Shown here piece after piece: positions 52,371-64,000 of a stretch of 64,000 bases of DNA. Source of the DNA: Phoronis australis. Taxonomy: Eukaryota; Animalia; Phoronida. The notes below the pieces were generated by a model. It ran no database searches. It saw only the letters and a program-made list of their open reading frames with translations, and had not been told where the DNA came from. The stretch spans positions 315,072 through 379,071 of the forward strand of contig NMRA01000224.1 of assembly GCA_002633005.1 (NCBI GenBank), in the 5' to 3' direction. The stretch's first letter is position 1. The number at the start of each line of letters is the position of its first letter. A program made the translations under genes and the position numbers.

Positions 52371-55339
52371 CAAATAGTTTAGTCTCCACTGAAACCTCCT
52401 GCTAAAAGTCCTAAGAAATTACCTTGATGTTAAAAACTAGAAGTAACATAGTTTAGGTTAACTATTCCCCTATGCTTACTTCGTTTGAAATTGATATCAA
52501 ATGAGAAAGAAAACATATTGAAGATTTCCTGGCTATAAATTAATTTTCATTTCATTCGGCGCATTCATCAAAAAATGGCAACATTCAACAGCTCATTAGT
52601 GTCTAATACTGTACTGTCCACCGTAGTTTTATAACATATCTTGTCGTATTAAAGTCAGCCACCACACTAATCTCAGAATTTTCTTGATAAGAACTGGCGC
52701 AACATATTGTCTTCACCTGACTCTTTACCTTCTAAGAAAAGACACTCTTCATACAATCAATGATATCTACCGATGAGATTTTTTGCAAATGTTTTTTTTA
52801 CGCAACCTAAATGCGTCTTTCTTTTGCTTCTATTTTCGCAAAAGTCTGGGAGACCAGCGACTCTCAACTTCCCCACTGTTGAAGTCCATGACTTTCAGGT
52901 GACAACTCAATCCTGTGATTAAGTGATTATTACCCACTAAAACTACGTGCGTAGGTAATTACCAGTTGTAATTACCAGGGTATCGTGTTTTTCCAGAGCG
53001 AATTGGGCAAATAAGAAAGGCGAGTACTATTTAATTTTGACCAAGTCATTCGAAATTGTTTGAGACTCAGTCAGCGATGCGTTAGATAGTCAAACACTTG
53101 AAACATTATAAAATTTAAAAAAAATTTTGGCTTACACTTACCATCATGTGTTTTCAAAAAGTTTTGTCCCTGCATAGAGCAAATTTTATACAGATGCTGA
53201 TCAAATTTCGTTGCGAAATTTATCGATATTTTATCAACATTCGTGATCACAAGATCATTCAATTCTTAAGCAAACTGCGTGTATGTTACCATATATTGCC
53301 TGGTCAGAGTTATCTCCACAAGTAGTATTTTCAAACAAAAAGCACTCCGTTTTCATGTAAAACATGGAAAACAGTGCCAATCTACAATTTTTGCTTTTGA
53401 CAACTCGGGTTCATTTCTTCTGCTTTGTTTCTTGCAAAACTAGTTTTGGCGGACTCTCGGGGAGGTCGTCGATTTCCACGATATATTGGTTTGGAACTGA
53501 GTTCTTGATGAGTCGACTAACCGACTAGCCGGTCTCCCTTCGTGGTTGAGCGAAGCGTGAGTTCAACAGTATGATGTGCAACATCTTAGACTTTGGCGTT
53601 ACATGTACTATAATCTATGATACCGGCATATCGTGCACCGACACCGAGCGTTAATATTGCAGTGAAATCGAAATGTAGTACGACCCGACAAAAAGTACCG
53701 GTGTGAAGGTCATTATTAATTAGTTACACCAGCTTTCGACAAGTTCCATCAACATATCGACTTGTTATTCGCGAAAAAAATAAACAATAAAAGATCACAG
53801 TCCACAGCCTATACGCGGGAAAATGGCGGTCGCAAGGTCCCAAGCTCCTAGTGATCCTAGTGGTAAAAATAAATGTACAAGTCTCTTAATATGTATTTTT
53901 GGGGGGTAATTACTACCAGAGAACTGTGTTATTGTCTATCGAGCACAAAATTTCACACATGTGTGCCGGCAAAAGTGACTGCGAGTTAGACGGGCGTGGT
54001 ACTTACTTCAAGGTCACGTGGTCATTGGCCTAGAAGATTTTGCAGACAAGCGAAAGAAAACTCAGTCACGCAACCAAATCAAAGCATTTTTGATGAAAAG
54101 ACTATTGCTGACTTTATACTAGTCTGAATATCAAGCGGACGGCAGGATAATAACAAATGGCGGCCATAACTGCCATCTTGAATGGACGTTTCATTACTTC
54201 ACTCGTTTAAGAAACAAAAACAAAAATAAAAACATGGCATTCTTTTGACATTTAAGTAGATAAAATACAAAATGACGCAGCACAGGGAGTCAACAATAGT
54301 CTAAAACTGACCAGTTGCTCCATCTGAAGTGGAAAAGTAACGTCAACGAATGCTCGAAATCTTTCCTGAGTATCAGGTTTGGTCAAAGTTAATTTGTACT
54401 CGCCATTTGAATAACGGGAGTTGATCATCACTGTGGTGTCGAATGAGGCTATTAAAATTAGACAATATTGTCTGTATCTCGACCAACACAAAAGGCAAGA
54501 ACAGAGAATCCGTGTACATCCTGATTTGTTTTGCCTGTACATGAATACAAAGTTGCTTCTCCGAATTATAAATCTGACGATGCTTAATTCGTTTGACGTC
54601 AAGTACTTAATCCTTTTTGTTGTGCGCGAGCAAACGTACGGGTTCCATTAGTGGTGATTGTTCTCATTGGAAAGGCGTCACGGCATCGCATTGATACGTA
54701 TTTCTATTCACAGAGTAAACGTGTGCTCAGGGCTTGAATATCGTTACACTGTTAATTTCTTCTAAATTATCTTGGACAAAAACACCATATATTTTTATCA
54801 AGTTATGCGTAACATGTGGCCACACATAAGCAAGCAGCCGGCACTCAATAAGTCGATCGGTGCACATTTGCCGAAATAGTTCAGCTACGTCCCAGGTAGA
54901 AACTTTAATTTTGCAGTAAGCGAAAATTTTTAAGTCGCATATCCCCGTATAGATTGGCGACCATAAGCGTTTCATTCAAATTATATAATGCTGCAGAAGA
55001 GGAAATTAAGGTGATCGGAATGCTTTGATCATGAGGAAATTTTAATAAAATATCGTTAATATCACGGCATCGAGTCCGCTCGCTTCAGTAAGACGACAAA
55101 CGTTTGCAATTCCACAGGTGATTGCGGGGAAGGGAGTGAGCAAGGAACCCCCGAACAAAAACAAAGCCAATGCAAATTAAGGGCCTACGCGGGAATTTTC
55201 AATGGAGAATTGTGGACGCCCTTCCCCCCTACGACAACATATATCCGCCAATGATTTTTATTCGATAAAGCTGTTGAAAAATTGTAGACCACTACGCCAT
55301 TTTATATCACTTGACTTGCTTTTAAAGCTGTCATCTGAA

Positions 55340-55616
55340 CTTGCTGTTTGATCGGAAAAAACATCCGGAGCAAGATATTTTCAATGAGCAAAGATATTTC
55401 GGCACAAAACAATTCAAAAAGGTCCTATAAAAACATGAGCAAAGCCGCAGAAATCGCTTTCGCATTACATCCGGGCTATCATTCACTCCCTCGCATACAT
55501 TCGCACTAAGACTGAGCTCAGAGGAGTAGGAGACACTTTTGTGCAATGCTCGATTGTCAGCTAGTGAAACCAAATTTCCAACCCATCGCTCACGAACAAG
55601 AGTCCGGAGCTCAAGC
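55340..55616 (-). mobile_element. tRNA-derived SINE body; its 5' head lies at 58068-58085
   Basis: Reverse complement matches 21537-21790 (gagctccggactc...tgtctcctactc.tctgagctc.gtctta...gcgaaagcgatttctg). Confidence 0.8.
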
Positions 55617-55842
55617 GGCTTGATCCCGTAGCCAGGGGGGTTCGGAGGGTTCGATCGAATCCCCTGCCCCACCCCCGCGGAAAAAGTCCAGCATCAGCCT
55701 CTCCGTTAAAGCTAGGATATAGATGCAGAACAGCAACAGAATGGTTGCAGCTACTCGTACTACAACTACTGTCAGTGGTGCACAGCCTCGCAGATTTCAT
55801 ACGAGCAACAAACTTCATTAAGTATGTTTCCAAGGTTACATG

Positions 55843-56674
55843 CCACTATTCCGAGGGTTAAGTACTCCGAAGGTTCACTACTCTGAAGGTTCACCACTCC
55901 GCAGGTTACCTTCGAAAGGTTTTTACTTCGAACGTTCACAATTCCGAAACCAGAATTCCGACAGTACATTACTCTGATTGTCTGCTAGTGAGTCGGAACT
56001 GACATGAATATTTTTTTTTTGTCCATTTGTGTCCATTTAGTACCATTTTAAGGGTGTGCTATATATAGTTGTCATTAAAACATTGATTATATTGTTTACA
56101 AATGAGCTCAGTTCCAATTACTGCCAATCGTGATTCTTGAATCTAAGTAACGACTCCTTCTCAAGCAGGGACTCAACAACGGTGGTTTTAAGTTTTATAA
56201 GACTGAATGAGATTCTCAGACTTTGTGAAGACTGACAGGACAATGTAGTCTACTAACTACATTTAATTTCGGTAAGGTCATGCGCGAGGTTGAGGTGGGA
56301 GAGGTTGAGGCGAAGTGGTCCTAAACCTTTCAGTGACGCAATGAAATGATGCGACATTGACACGGGTTTGATAAATGTATCGTGGTTGATAGTTCATCAA
56401 TATTCCTACTTCATTCTCTCTTAGAAATGCAAGTACGTACTCATTTTTCTGTATTCTTAAGCCATAGCAGCAATTTAGCATTCGCATGAAATTCAAATAG
56501 AGTTTTTTATTATCCGGGCGTGGTTTTCGGTATAGGTACAACACTGAGTGCATCTAATAAGCGAAGAGTGGTTTACTTTTGCATGCAAAAGTATAAAAAT
56601 TACACCTGGGTCCAAAATTTTAGATATATTCTGAGTGAGTGAACTTTCGAAGTAGTGAACTTTTGGAATAGTGG
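55843..56674. mobile_element. TIR element with subterminal 15-bp repeats
   Basis: ccactattccga.ggtt(cactactccgaaggtt)n ... (gtgaactttcgaagta)n ggaatagtgg. Confidence 0.7.
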
Positions 56675-56677
56675 GCT

Positions 56678-57799
56678 GTAATCACGACCAAGATTTCGCT
56701 CGTGTTTTACGACCGAAATTGTTCGCCCATAATTACGCTCGTGATCACGACCGAAATTTCGCTCGTATTTTCAGATTGAAATCGTATGGCCATAATTACG
56801 CTCGTGATTACGACCGAGACTTCGCTAGTGTTTTACGACCGAAATCGCTATATCCAATAATAAATTGGTTTGCAGGTCAGGCGTGAGCTCGAAAGAAGGT
56901 TCACGCTAGTATTTTTGCTCGTAATTTTAGCAAGTATAGTCATTATATTTAAATTACGAGTACACGAAACCACCACCCATTAAATAAATACGCAGTTGAT
57001 ACTGTTTTATTATGCCAATGGTTTGTTATTCAAATTTCTTGAACAAAGAGTGAGTGATTTACCAACAACATTTAAAAATTTTACAGCATAACCCCCTAAA
57101 ACCGTTTTGAGCCAATGTTTTTTGCAATGTCATATGGCATCTGCAGGCATTGTTAAGAGTAAAAAAATAATTGTACGTGGTCTGATACAAGTTGTATCAG
57201 ACGTGCACAGGCTGTTGTTTATGTTTTGTAAATATATAGTTAAAACCGAGCTGAGGAGCTCAAGGGTTCAGAAGTTTAGACCCAGTGGGACTCAAATCCA
57301 AAACCTCGACTAAAGAAAGCGGTCATTTATCACACTAGGCCTACTGTTAAGAGTAAAAGAATGAAACTTTGCCTAAATAAATAAAAAACATGATTATTTT
57401 AACAAATCATATAAACCATTGTCAGACAACCTGCTAGATATCAATATGTACTAAAACGGACAACTTTCAAGTGCCTGGGATGGCCAGGACAACAAGTAAA
57501 AACATTTCAGCCGGTCTTTGATATTTTCAACCTTTTGCACTTTTGTACATGTACTTTCCACCTGAGATTTTACCTTCTGAATACTTCATAACATGTGAAA
57601 AATACGAGCGTGAAATTACGATGGTAAATTTACGTGCGAAAATACGTACGTAAAATTACGAACGTAAAATTAGGCCTACGAGCGAAAATGTTAGCCTAAA
57701 GTTAAGAGCGCACAACTGCTTCAGAGCTCACAAACCAAATCTCATTCGATAAAACGATTTCGGTCGTAAAATACGAGCGAAGTCTCGGTCGTAATTACG
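56678..57799. mobile_element. Foldback-like element with repeated ttacgaccgaaat/ttcgctcgt motifs in inverted arms
   Basis: gtaatcacgacc.agatttcgctcgt.ttttacgaccgaaat versus the reverse complement of 57754-57799. Confidence 0.8.
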
Positions 57800-58441
57800 C
57801 ACTGACACTTTCAACAGTAAGGCCCGCGATACTTTCTGGGCCACATTACATCCGAATTTGAGCTGCGTTCTTTGCGAGCAACCGTTACTGCATCCTGATT
57901 ATTGGTATTACAAATTTTGTCTTATTTCAGGAACGTAGTTGAGAGCCCCCTAATTAAGCTGCGTCAAGGGCCTGGCCGAGAAATCTACAGTGTCGACGTT
58001 TGCAAAACATCAAAGGTCCATTGTTCTAGTTCGAACCACCCCCCGCTCAATGCTGGCTACGGGCCTGAAGCCACCGAGTGACATTGCCAAGGAACGAATG
58101 ATACTTTCATTTCGTTTGTCATGCATGAATTACAGCCACCGTTAACTCTGGGTTCTCTTCATATCAAGGTGGACGGTGGTGCCCGTATTCAAAAGCTACA
58201 CACGCGCAATAACCTCGTGGGCAAACGAGAAAACGAAGACAAATAGCGAGATTGTAAATAATCCGGAGGGAAAACTCGGCCAAATTTGCTCAACCCAAAT
58301 TATGAGACGCTGCCATCACGACATTGTCGATCCAAAGGATGCTTTAGAGAACAAAAAAACCCCGAGATGTCGCCAGCACGTCCTATTTGTCATAATTGGG
58401 TGAGCCCCTCGGGCCATCAAGTGGGTTCCTTTGCTGCTTAA

Positions 58442-60028
58442 AGGTTTAATTAGTCTTTTTTAGCGTCTTAATCGGTCTATATCCACATCGCCTCTTACGG
58501 TCGACCTCACCTTGCCGAGAGGTGTCGCGTTAACCTGCGAGGAAGGTGAGAGGCGACGCAACGACGTCAGTGGTTCGTCTGCAGAGTGACTGCCACTATA
58601 TTGCGGTGCATCGGTTCCCGCTTGTCCGAATTATGAAGCTGCAAAGAAAACGGGTATATCGTTTTTTCGACTTCCTGGAGAGCCCTAAAGAAGTGGCTCG
58701 CGGTAGTGAATAATGAAAGGTATTCTGTTAATAGCAAGTATGAGGCCGTGAAACATCTCCGTGTCTGTTGCCGGCATTTAGTCGACTGTGATTTCTCTGA
58801 CGAATTGCGGCTTACCAAAGAACTATCCATACGTTCCGTTGCCTGTGCATGTTCACGGCGCCTCTCTAGTATACTGATCAGTGTATTCTGGTTCGAACTG
58901 ATAGCCTGTGAAACCTAACGATTTGACCCGTGAAGTCTTCGTCGGATGAGCTCTTGACTAAGTCGGGGATTGGCGCCGGGCGAGTTGTCATGTAGATGTT
59001 TATATTCTGCGTTCTGTTTCAAAATGAATTATTTTCATCCTAAAATGCTCCTAACCAATGCTTGTATGAAACTGAAACAAAGTCTGTCTCATTAGATACA
59101 GTGTGTAATTCCTTGGAGTGCTCGTGAGTGCAAATGTTTTGAGAAGCCAGCAATGAATAAAACACTGCGTTAGGCTACCAGCTTTTGATGCCGGCATTGA
59201 AAGGTAATTGACCGGGTACCGAGGCCGTGTGAGCGGATGCTAATTCAGTGTTTGCTGACAGAAAGCTGTTGTGAAACAATTACTCGATTTTATATGTTAT
59301 TGTCACATGTTAGGGGAATCTTTTTTTAGAAATACAAAATACATTATTCAAATCATTGTTACTGTATAACCTTTGCCCTGACGGTTTGTGGAAGGGGAAC
59401 TTCGCGGCCCCCGACAAGTAAGTAGATTTTCAGTTTCGTGGCTAATTCACATAAATAATTACGTGCGCAATATTTCTTTGGCTCTCTATTATAGTCTTTT
59501 CGCGACTGGAGGTTTAGTTTCCAACTTAAGCTGGTTTATGTTCGTGCCAGTCCCGGCGGCCGCGACGGGCCCGATCGGGTTCCAAGCCACTGGCCTGAAT
59601 AACAAGCGTTTTGTGTGTTTAGAACTAAAAAAAAAAAACAAGTATAAACAACACAGATCTAGGGTCTCCTGTGTGTATTTCACGGAAGAATATTTTGAAT
59701 TTATCTCCGAATAGACCCCAAACTCCTGCTACATTACCCTTGGTAAATTGGCCTGTCGAACTTCGTAGGCTAAGGTGTGTCCAAATACCAGTAAATCCGT
59801 AACAACGAAATAAAACAACACATTTTATAAGAACTCGGTATATTTTAAGGGTTTTACATCGAAGTTTGATGATTTATTGGTGTGAAACCAATTACGTCAA
59901 GTTGGATGAATTTCAACACCTCCGTCTTCCTTCAGGTGTCAGGTAACGCAACCGAACGTGTCGTTATCTAGTAGAACTACTCGACCTAGATTGATACCAA
60001 ATAGATTGTTTTTAGGTGACTTTCTCCT
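58442..60028 (+). mobile_element. Kolobok-type (KolobokP-like) element, copy 2, inverted relative to copy 1
   Basis: TTAA|AGG (left TIR partly deleted) ... AGGTGACTTTCTCCT|TTAA; THAP relic on + (C.VPACPNY...ISFFRLP..KKWL...LRVCCRH...DF) and GYQFEPEYTDQ on -. Confidence 0.85.
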
Positions 60029-60219
60029 TTAACATGCATATGAAATGTAGCTATAGACCCTATTCACGCTGACAGGAGGCGAGTTCCAAAACGAGGCTCG
60101 CCACGATAGCTGCATTCCGCGTTGCTCGAACGGCTAGGAAAAATACGGACATTCAACCAAAGGTACTATATCCCAAGCTTAGGTAACTATAAAATCTTTG
60201 ATTCAACTGTCTGTTTTAC

Positions 60220-60397
60220 AATTGACCTATCGCCAGCATTTTGAGTGACAGCTTAACTGACCATTTAGAACGCAGCATGATTGACACACCTTCGTTTCCA
60301 AGCCGCCATTTTACCCGACAAACAACACGGTACTGGGTAAAACTTATTGTTTGTTAGTCGACATTACGCAAGGAGGCGGAGCTTGCGATAGGTCAAT
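60220..60397. mobile_element. ~180-bp MITE, copy 2
   Basis: Matches 16154-16332. Confidence 0.85.
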
Positions 60398-63300
60398 CTC
60401 CGACTAAGGACGCTAAGATGCGGAAGCGACGAAAGAAAATATGTCCGTGTAAAGTTTATAAATGTTTTCGAAAAGTTAGATCATATTTGATAGCATGTCG
60501 TTGTCGAGTAATGACGACTGGAGAATCTTCGGCCAGCCCGGGCTCAGTGCGTTTTCATGATGCATTTTTCTTTCCAAAAAGGACAGAACTCTCAATCCCT
60601 CGATTTTGGGGCCGAATATCGGCTCTATTCCCCTCTAAAAATATTAAAAAATCACGCGAAATTCCCCCACGAGACCTAAACAAGTGATTGGAAATTTTTC
60701 TTCGAAGTTCAAATCAAGTGAACCACACACTCACGGCAGATGACAATTTGAAAGAGCACAAAATGCTATTTGAGACATAGCCTATGAGAGCTTGTAACAG
60801 GGTGGGGGTCTTATTGATGGTGATCGGGAGCTAGATTTTTCCCGTCACTCGGCGAAAAAATCCCCCTCGTGAAGGCACAGGCATCTTTCCCCTCGCCGGT
60901 ATGAACGAACCAGGCCCCTGCGAAAAAACATGATAACTATGCTTGCTCTGTCCAGTTAACTGAAATTGAGCTCTAAAACGAGGTTATGCTTTAGACGAAC
61001 GAATTATGTACGTGTTTTAATTTTAAAATTCAACTTGGCACAGATTGATATTTGAAACCTAACACATGCAATAGACGTAAGAATTATTAAAACAAAGAAA
61101 GCAGAATTGATGGTCAAAAAAATAATTTTCAATTACGAGCCAGGTTTTTTTATTTTAATAAAAATATATTTAATAACATCAATTATTCTTTCAGATAAAT
61201 GACAAATCAGTTGTTAGTCCCAGTAGTCCCTACCTCACCAGGACCTAGCTAGGCTATGCTTGATGTTAATATTCTTGATTAACAAATTAAACCAGATGCA
61301 CATGACAGCAAAATGCTGTCGAATATTTCATCAACCCGTCAACAATAAGAGCAGACGAACTGGTTTGTGTAGAAATTAGCATTTTTATCAACAATTTACA
61401 AGAAGAAACGTAACCCTGCATTCAGCATAATACCTAGCCGTAACACGTAGATCGCCGCAATTTGGTCGTATTTACTTTTCATGTTTTGAACCTTGTTTTC
61501 CGAAAAAAGCTTATACCCTTTAGCCAGACAACTCTTTGGTGCATTGACTTGTTCTCTAATGTATTTTTTACGTCTCTGTGGTTAATTATTGACACATTTT
61601 TAAGATTTAATATCCAGGTTGGACTCGGAAGACCGGCCATTTAACTCCCGCAATATCAACTTCGGCTTCGTTTATCGCAGTGAGCCTCGCTTTGGATTTT
61701 TATGTCTGCCGCGTGAATCGAGTCTATTCGGAAAATTTACATTAACTAGAGGGCACGTGTGTTTTAGCGGTGATAGATTAAGCAGCCTCGATTTTGCGAG
61801 CCCTTTAAATACATGGTGAAATGGCTTGCAGCCGTGTCAACTGAATTTGAGATTGCGTGAAAAGGGTGCTTCTGTGAGAGGAAGTAAGCACCACCTTATA
61901 CAAAGGTAAGGTTTGCGATTATTTTAACGATTATTCCATGTTTATTCTACTGATGCCAATTAACTGAGGTACTCACCGATGTCGACTTCGCGGCAGTTGC
62001 CAGTCGGTTTAATCCTTGTTTGTTGTTATACGTGTACGATACGTGACGTAGCACTCGGGATCTTTTCGTACATCAAAGCAGTATTATTGTTTGGAATGAT
62101 TTCTATCAGGTTTATCACTGACAGTTACATCAATCAATGCTGAATGTTTACGCTGTCAACTCGAGTTTGGTTAGTGAGTTGAGATTACAATCCAACTGAG
62201 CCCAATGGCAAAGGGTACGTGACAAAACTTCCATCAGACTATTTGCTTACTCCCTATCCTATGTCTTCCGGAAATCTATTACATGTTGAAATGAAAGTCT
62301 ATCGTGTCTGTGTTCACGTGACCTTTGGTTTTTAGGTTTTAGGGTTTGTACCGTGCAGAGGAAATATGCATCTCTTCTAGTGCACCGTCGCTGAATGAAC
62401 AAAAATTAGTTTTAAGCATTTGACTGCACCTAACCAGCAAGATCTTCCTATCCAGTGCAGATCTGTTGTCAAAGCCTACTTTCTATATCAGAGACAATGA
62501 ACCAAGTCTTTGAAAACGAACAGCTATTTTTAAGAAATGTATGTAAGTCATTTTGTTAATTTACTTATTCAGGTCCTTAGCGGGGGATTGGCATAGGGGG
62601 TTAGGGTTGTAAAATTTGGTGCAACTAAATGTGTGGAAATAACAGGTAATAGTGTATGGGGGAAATAGCATGGTGAGGTCATTCTTAACCTTCATGAAGT
62701 TTCTTCAAGTTTATTTCATGAGACTGCTTTGCTATCAATTCTAAACCCATAAAAATATATTACATTTTCTGAATTCTCAGTGACTGAATAGTCTTAACTA
62801 ATGCCTTGAAATGTTGCAAGTCGTTTATAAATTCAAAAGATTGCCATTGTTTTGTGCAAATTGCATTTTTGAGTGGTGCCTTACGATTTGTAATTACTCT
62901 TAAACAACAAAAAGATTATCCATCAAATTTAAATGACCCAAGTCTTCATATCTTCTGTTAGAAGAAACATTAAAAGTCTGAGAAACGGTTTACTTAGCCT
63001 TAGACTAGTATGCTTGACAGACCCATGAATCTGTTATTGGAGTTTAAAATTGCTGAAAGTATCAAAAATAAAAAGGCTTGAAAATGGGTAACAAAGGTTT
63101 TAAGTTGTCACAAAAAACTTGCATATTTTGCTGACAAGTGATGCGTTTAAAGAATTGTTATGACTGCGAATGAAAAATAAAGACGCAGTTTTATACAATA
63201 CTTATTATTTATATAAACCTCTGCTTTCTGAAAATAGTAATTATTTTATTTTGTGTGAAATTGTAGAGCAGTCGCCATATCATATTTTTGAAAAACATGG

Positions 63301-64000
63301 GTAGCATTTTTGACCCAAGCTGGAGTACTTAATCATTCATATTTCAATATTTGTTCCACGTTCAGTGACATTTTAAGGACACTTCAAGCTGCTACATAGA
63401 TAAGCTTTGTTACTCCTTTCTCTTCCCACAGCATTTCGACACACCAGCAGTGCTGCATGGCACAATGTACAAGTCAGTGGGCCTGGAGAAATGTGAATCG
63501 CAGTACTAAGTTACCATAAGACAATGTGTCAGAGGATTGTTTGTGTATGAAGAGGAACTATATCTGATTGCTACACAAGTCAGCCTCGTTGGTGAGGATG
63601 CCCTTTCATAGGCGATGAGTCATTTGTGGACAATAGCTTATTTCCTTTCCTGTAAGAAGACCTAGTGACACTCTGGTCTAGTTCAGGGTCAGATTTTGGG
63701 CACAAAACGATTCAAGTGATATGCTGTTGTGTTTACCTTCAAGGATCTAATTGTGGATGTTACTGATGTTGACTGAGGTTACATGAAGAAAAGACACGTG
63801 CCGAAACTGGACCTTGTTTACAAGCACTTCTATAGGCCATTGAAACTAGATCCCAGTGAAATAAAAACCAAAAGCATCTGGTATAAATGCCTGGTCTTTC
63901 TCACTGAGTGACATTAACTTTTCCTTTCAGAAGAAATGCTTTATACTAAAGGTAAAACTTTTCAATTTGGTACACATTATGGGGAATGACATTCAGTGAC

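Larger units (their letters stand above)
55617..58067. mobile_element. hAT-like element with nested inserts, splitting the SINE
   Basis: Ends cccgtagccag...ggttcg / cgaacc...ctggctacgggcctg; AAGC on both sides. Confidence 0.6.

Overview
This is eukaryotic, AT-rich, intron-rich metazoan DNA, probably from an invertebrate; the taxon cannot be fixed from the sequence. It is not prokaryotic, and most ORF-track entries are spurious. The left half holds a complete minus-strand sortilin (Vps10p-domain receptor) gene that I assembled by hand: 21 coding exons from 32374 to 4979, 2571 nt, 856 aa. The protein has a signal peptide, an RSRR furin site, a 10CC region, a TM helix, and YSSL and DxxIL tail motifs; two CLEAR-like E-boxes sit next to the start codon. 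The right half holds two poorly characterised plus-strand ORF pairs (36.2-37.0 kb, 41.5-42.4 kb) and a spliced ankyrin-repeat gene (47.5-51.7 kb). The rest is dense with transposon relics. The most notable are two internally deleted, TTAA-flanked Kolobok-type elements, each with convergent THAP and P2X7-C-terminal-like (KolX) remnants. There are also CAGGG-ended hAT-like elements with 5- and 6-bp duplications, foldback elements, MITEs, a tRNA-derived SINE split by a nested insertion stack, Penelope GIY-YIG and LINE fragments, and minisatellites, some of which copy splice sites. All calls come from manual reading; no database search was run.
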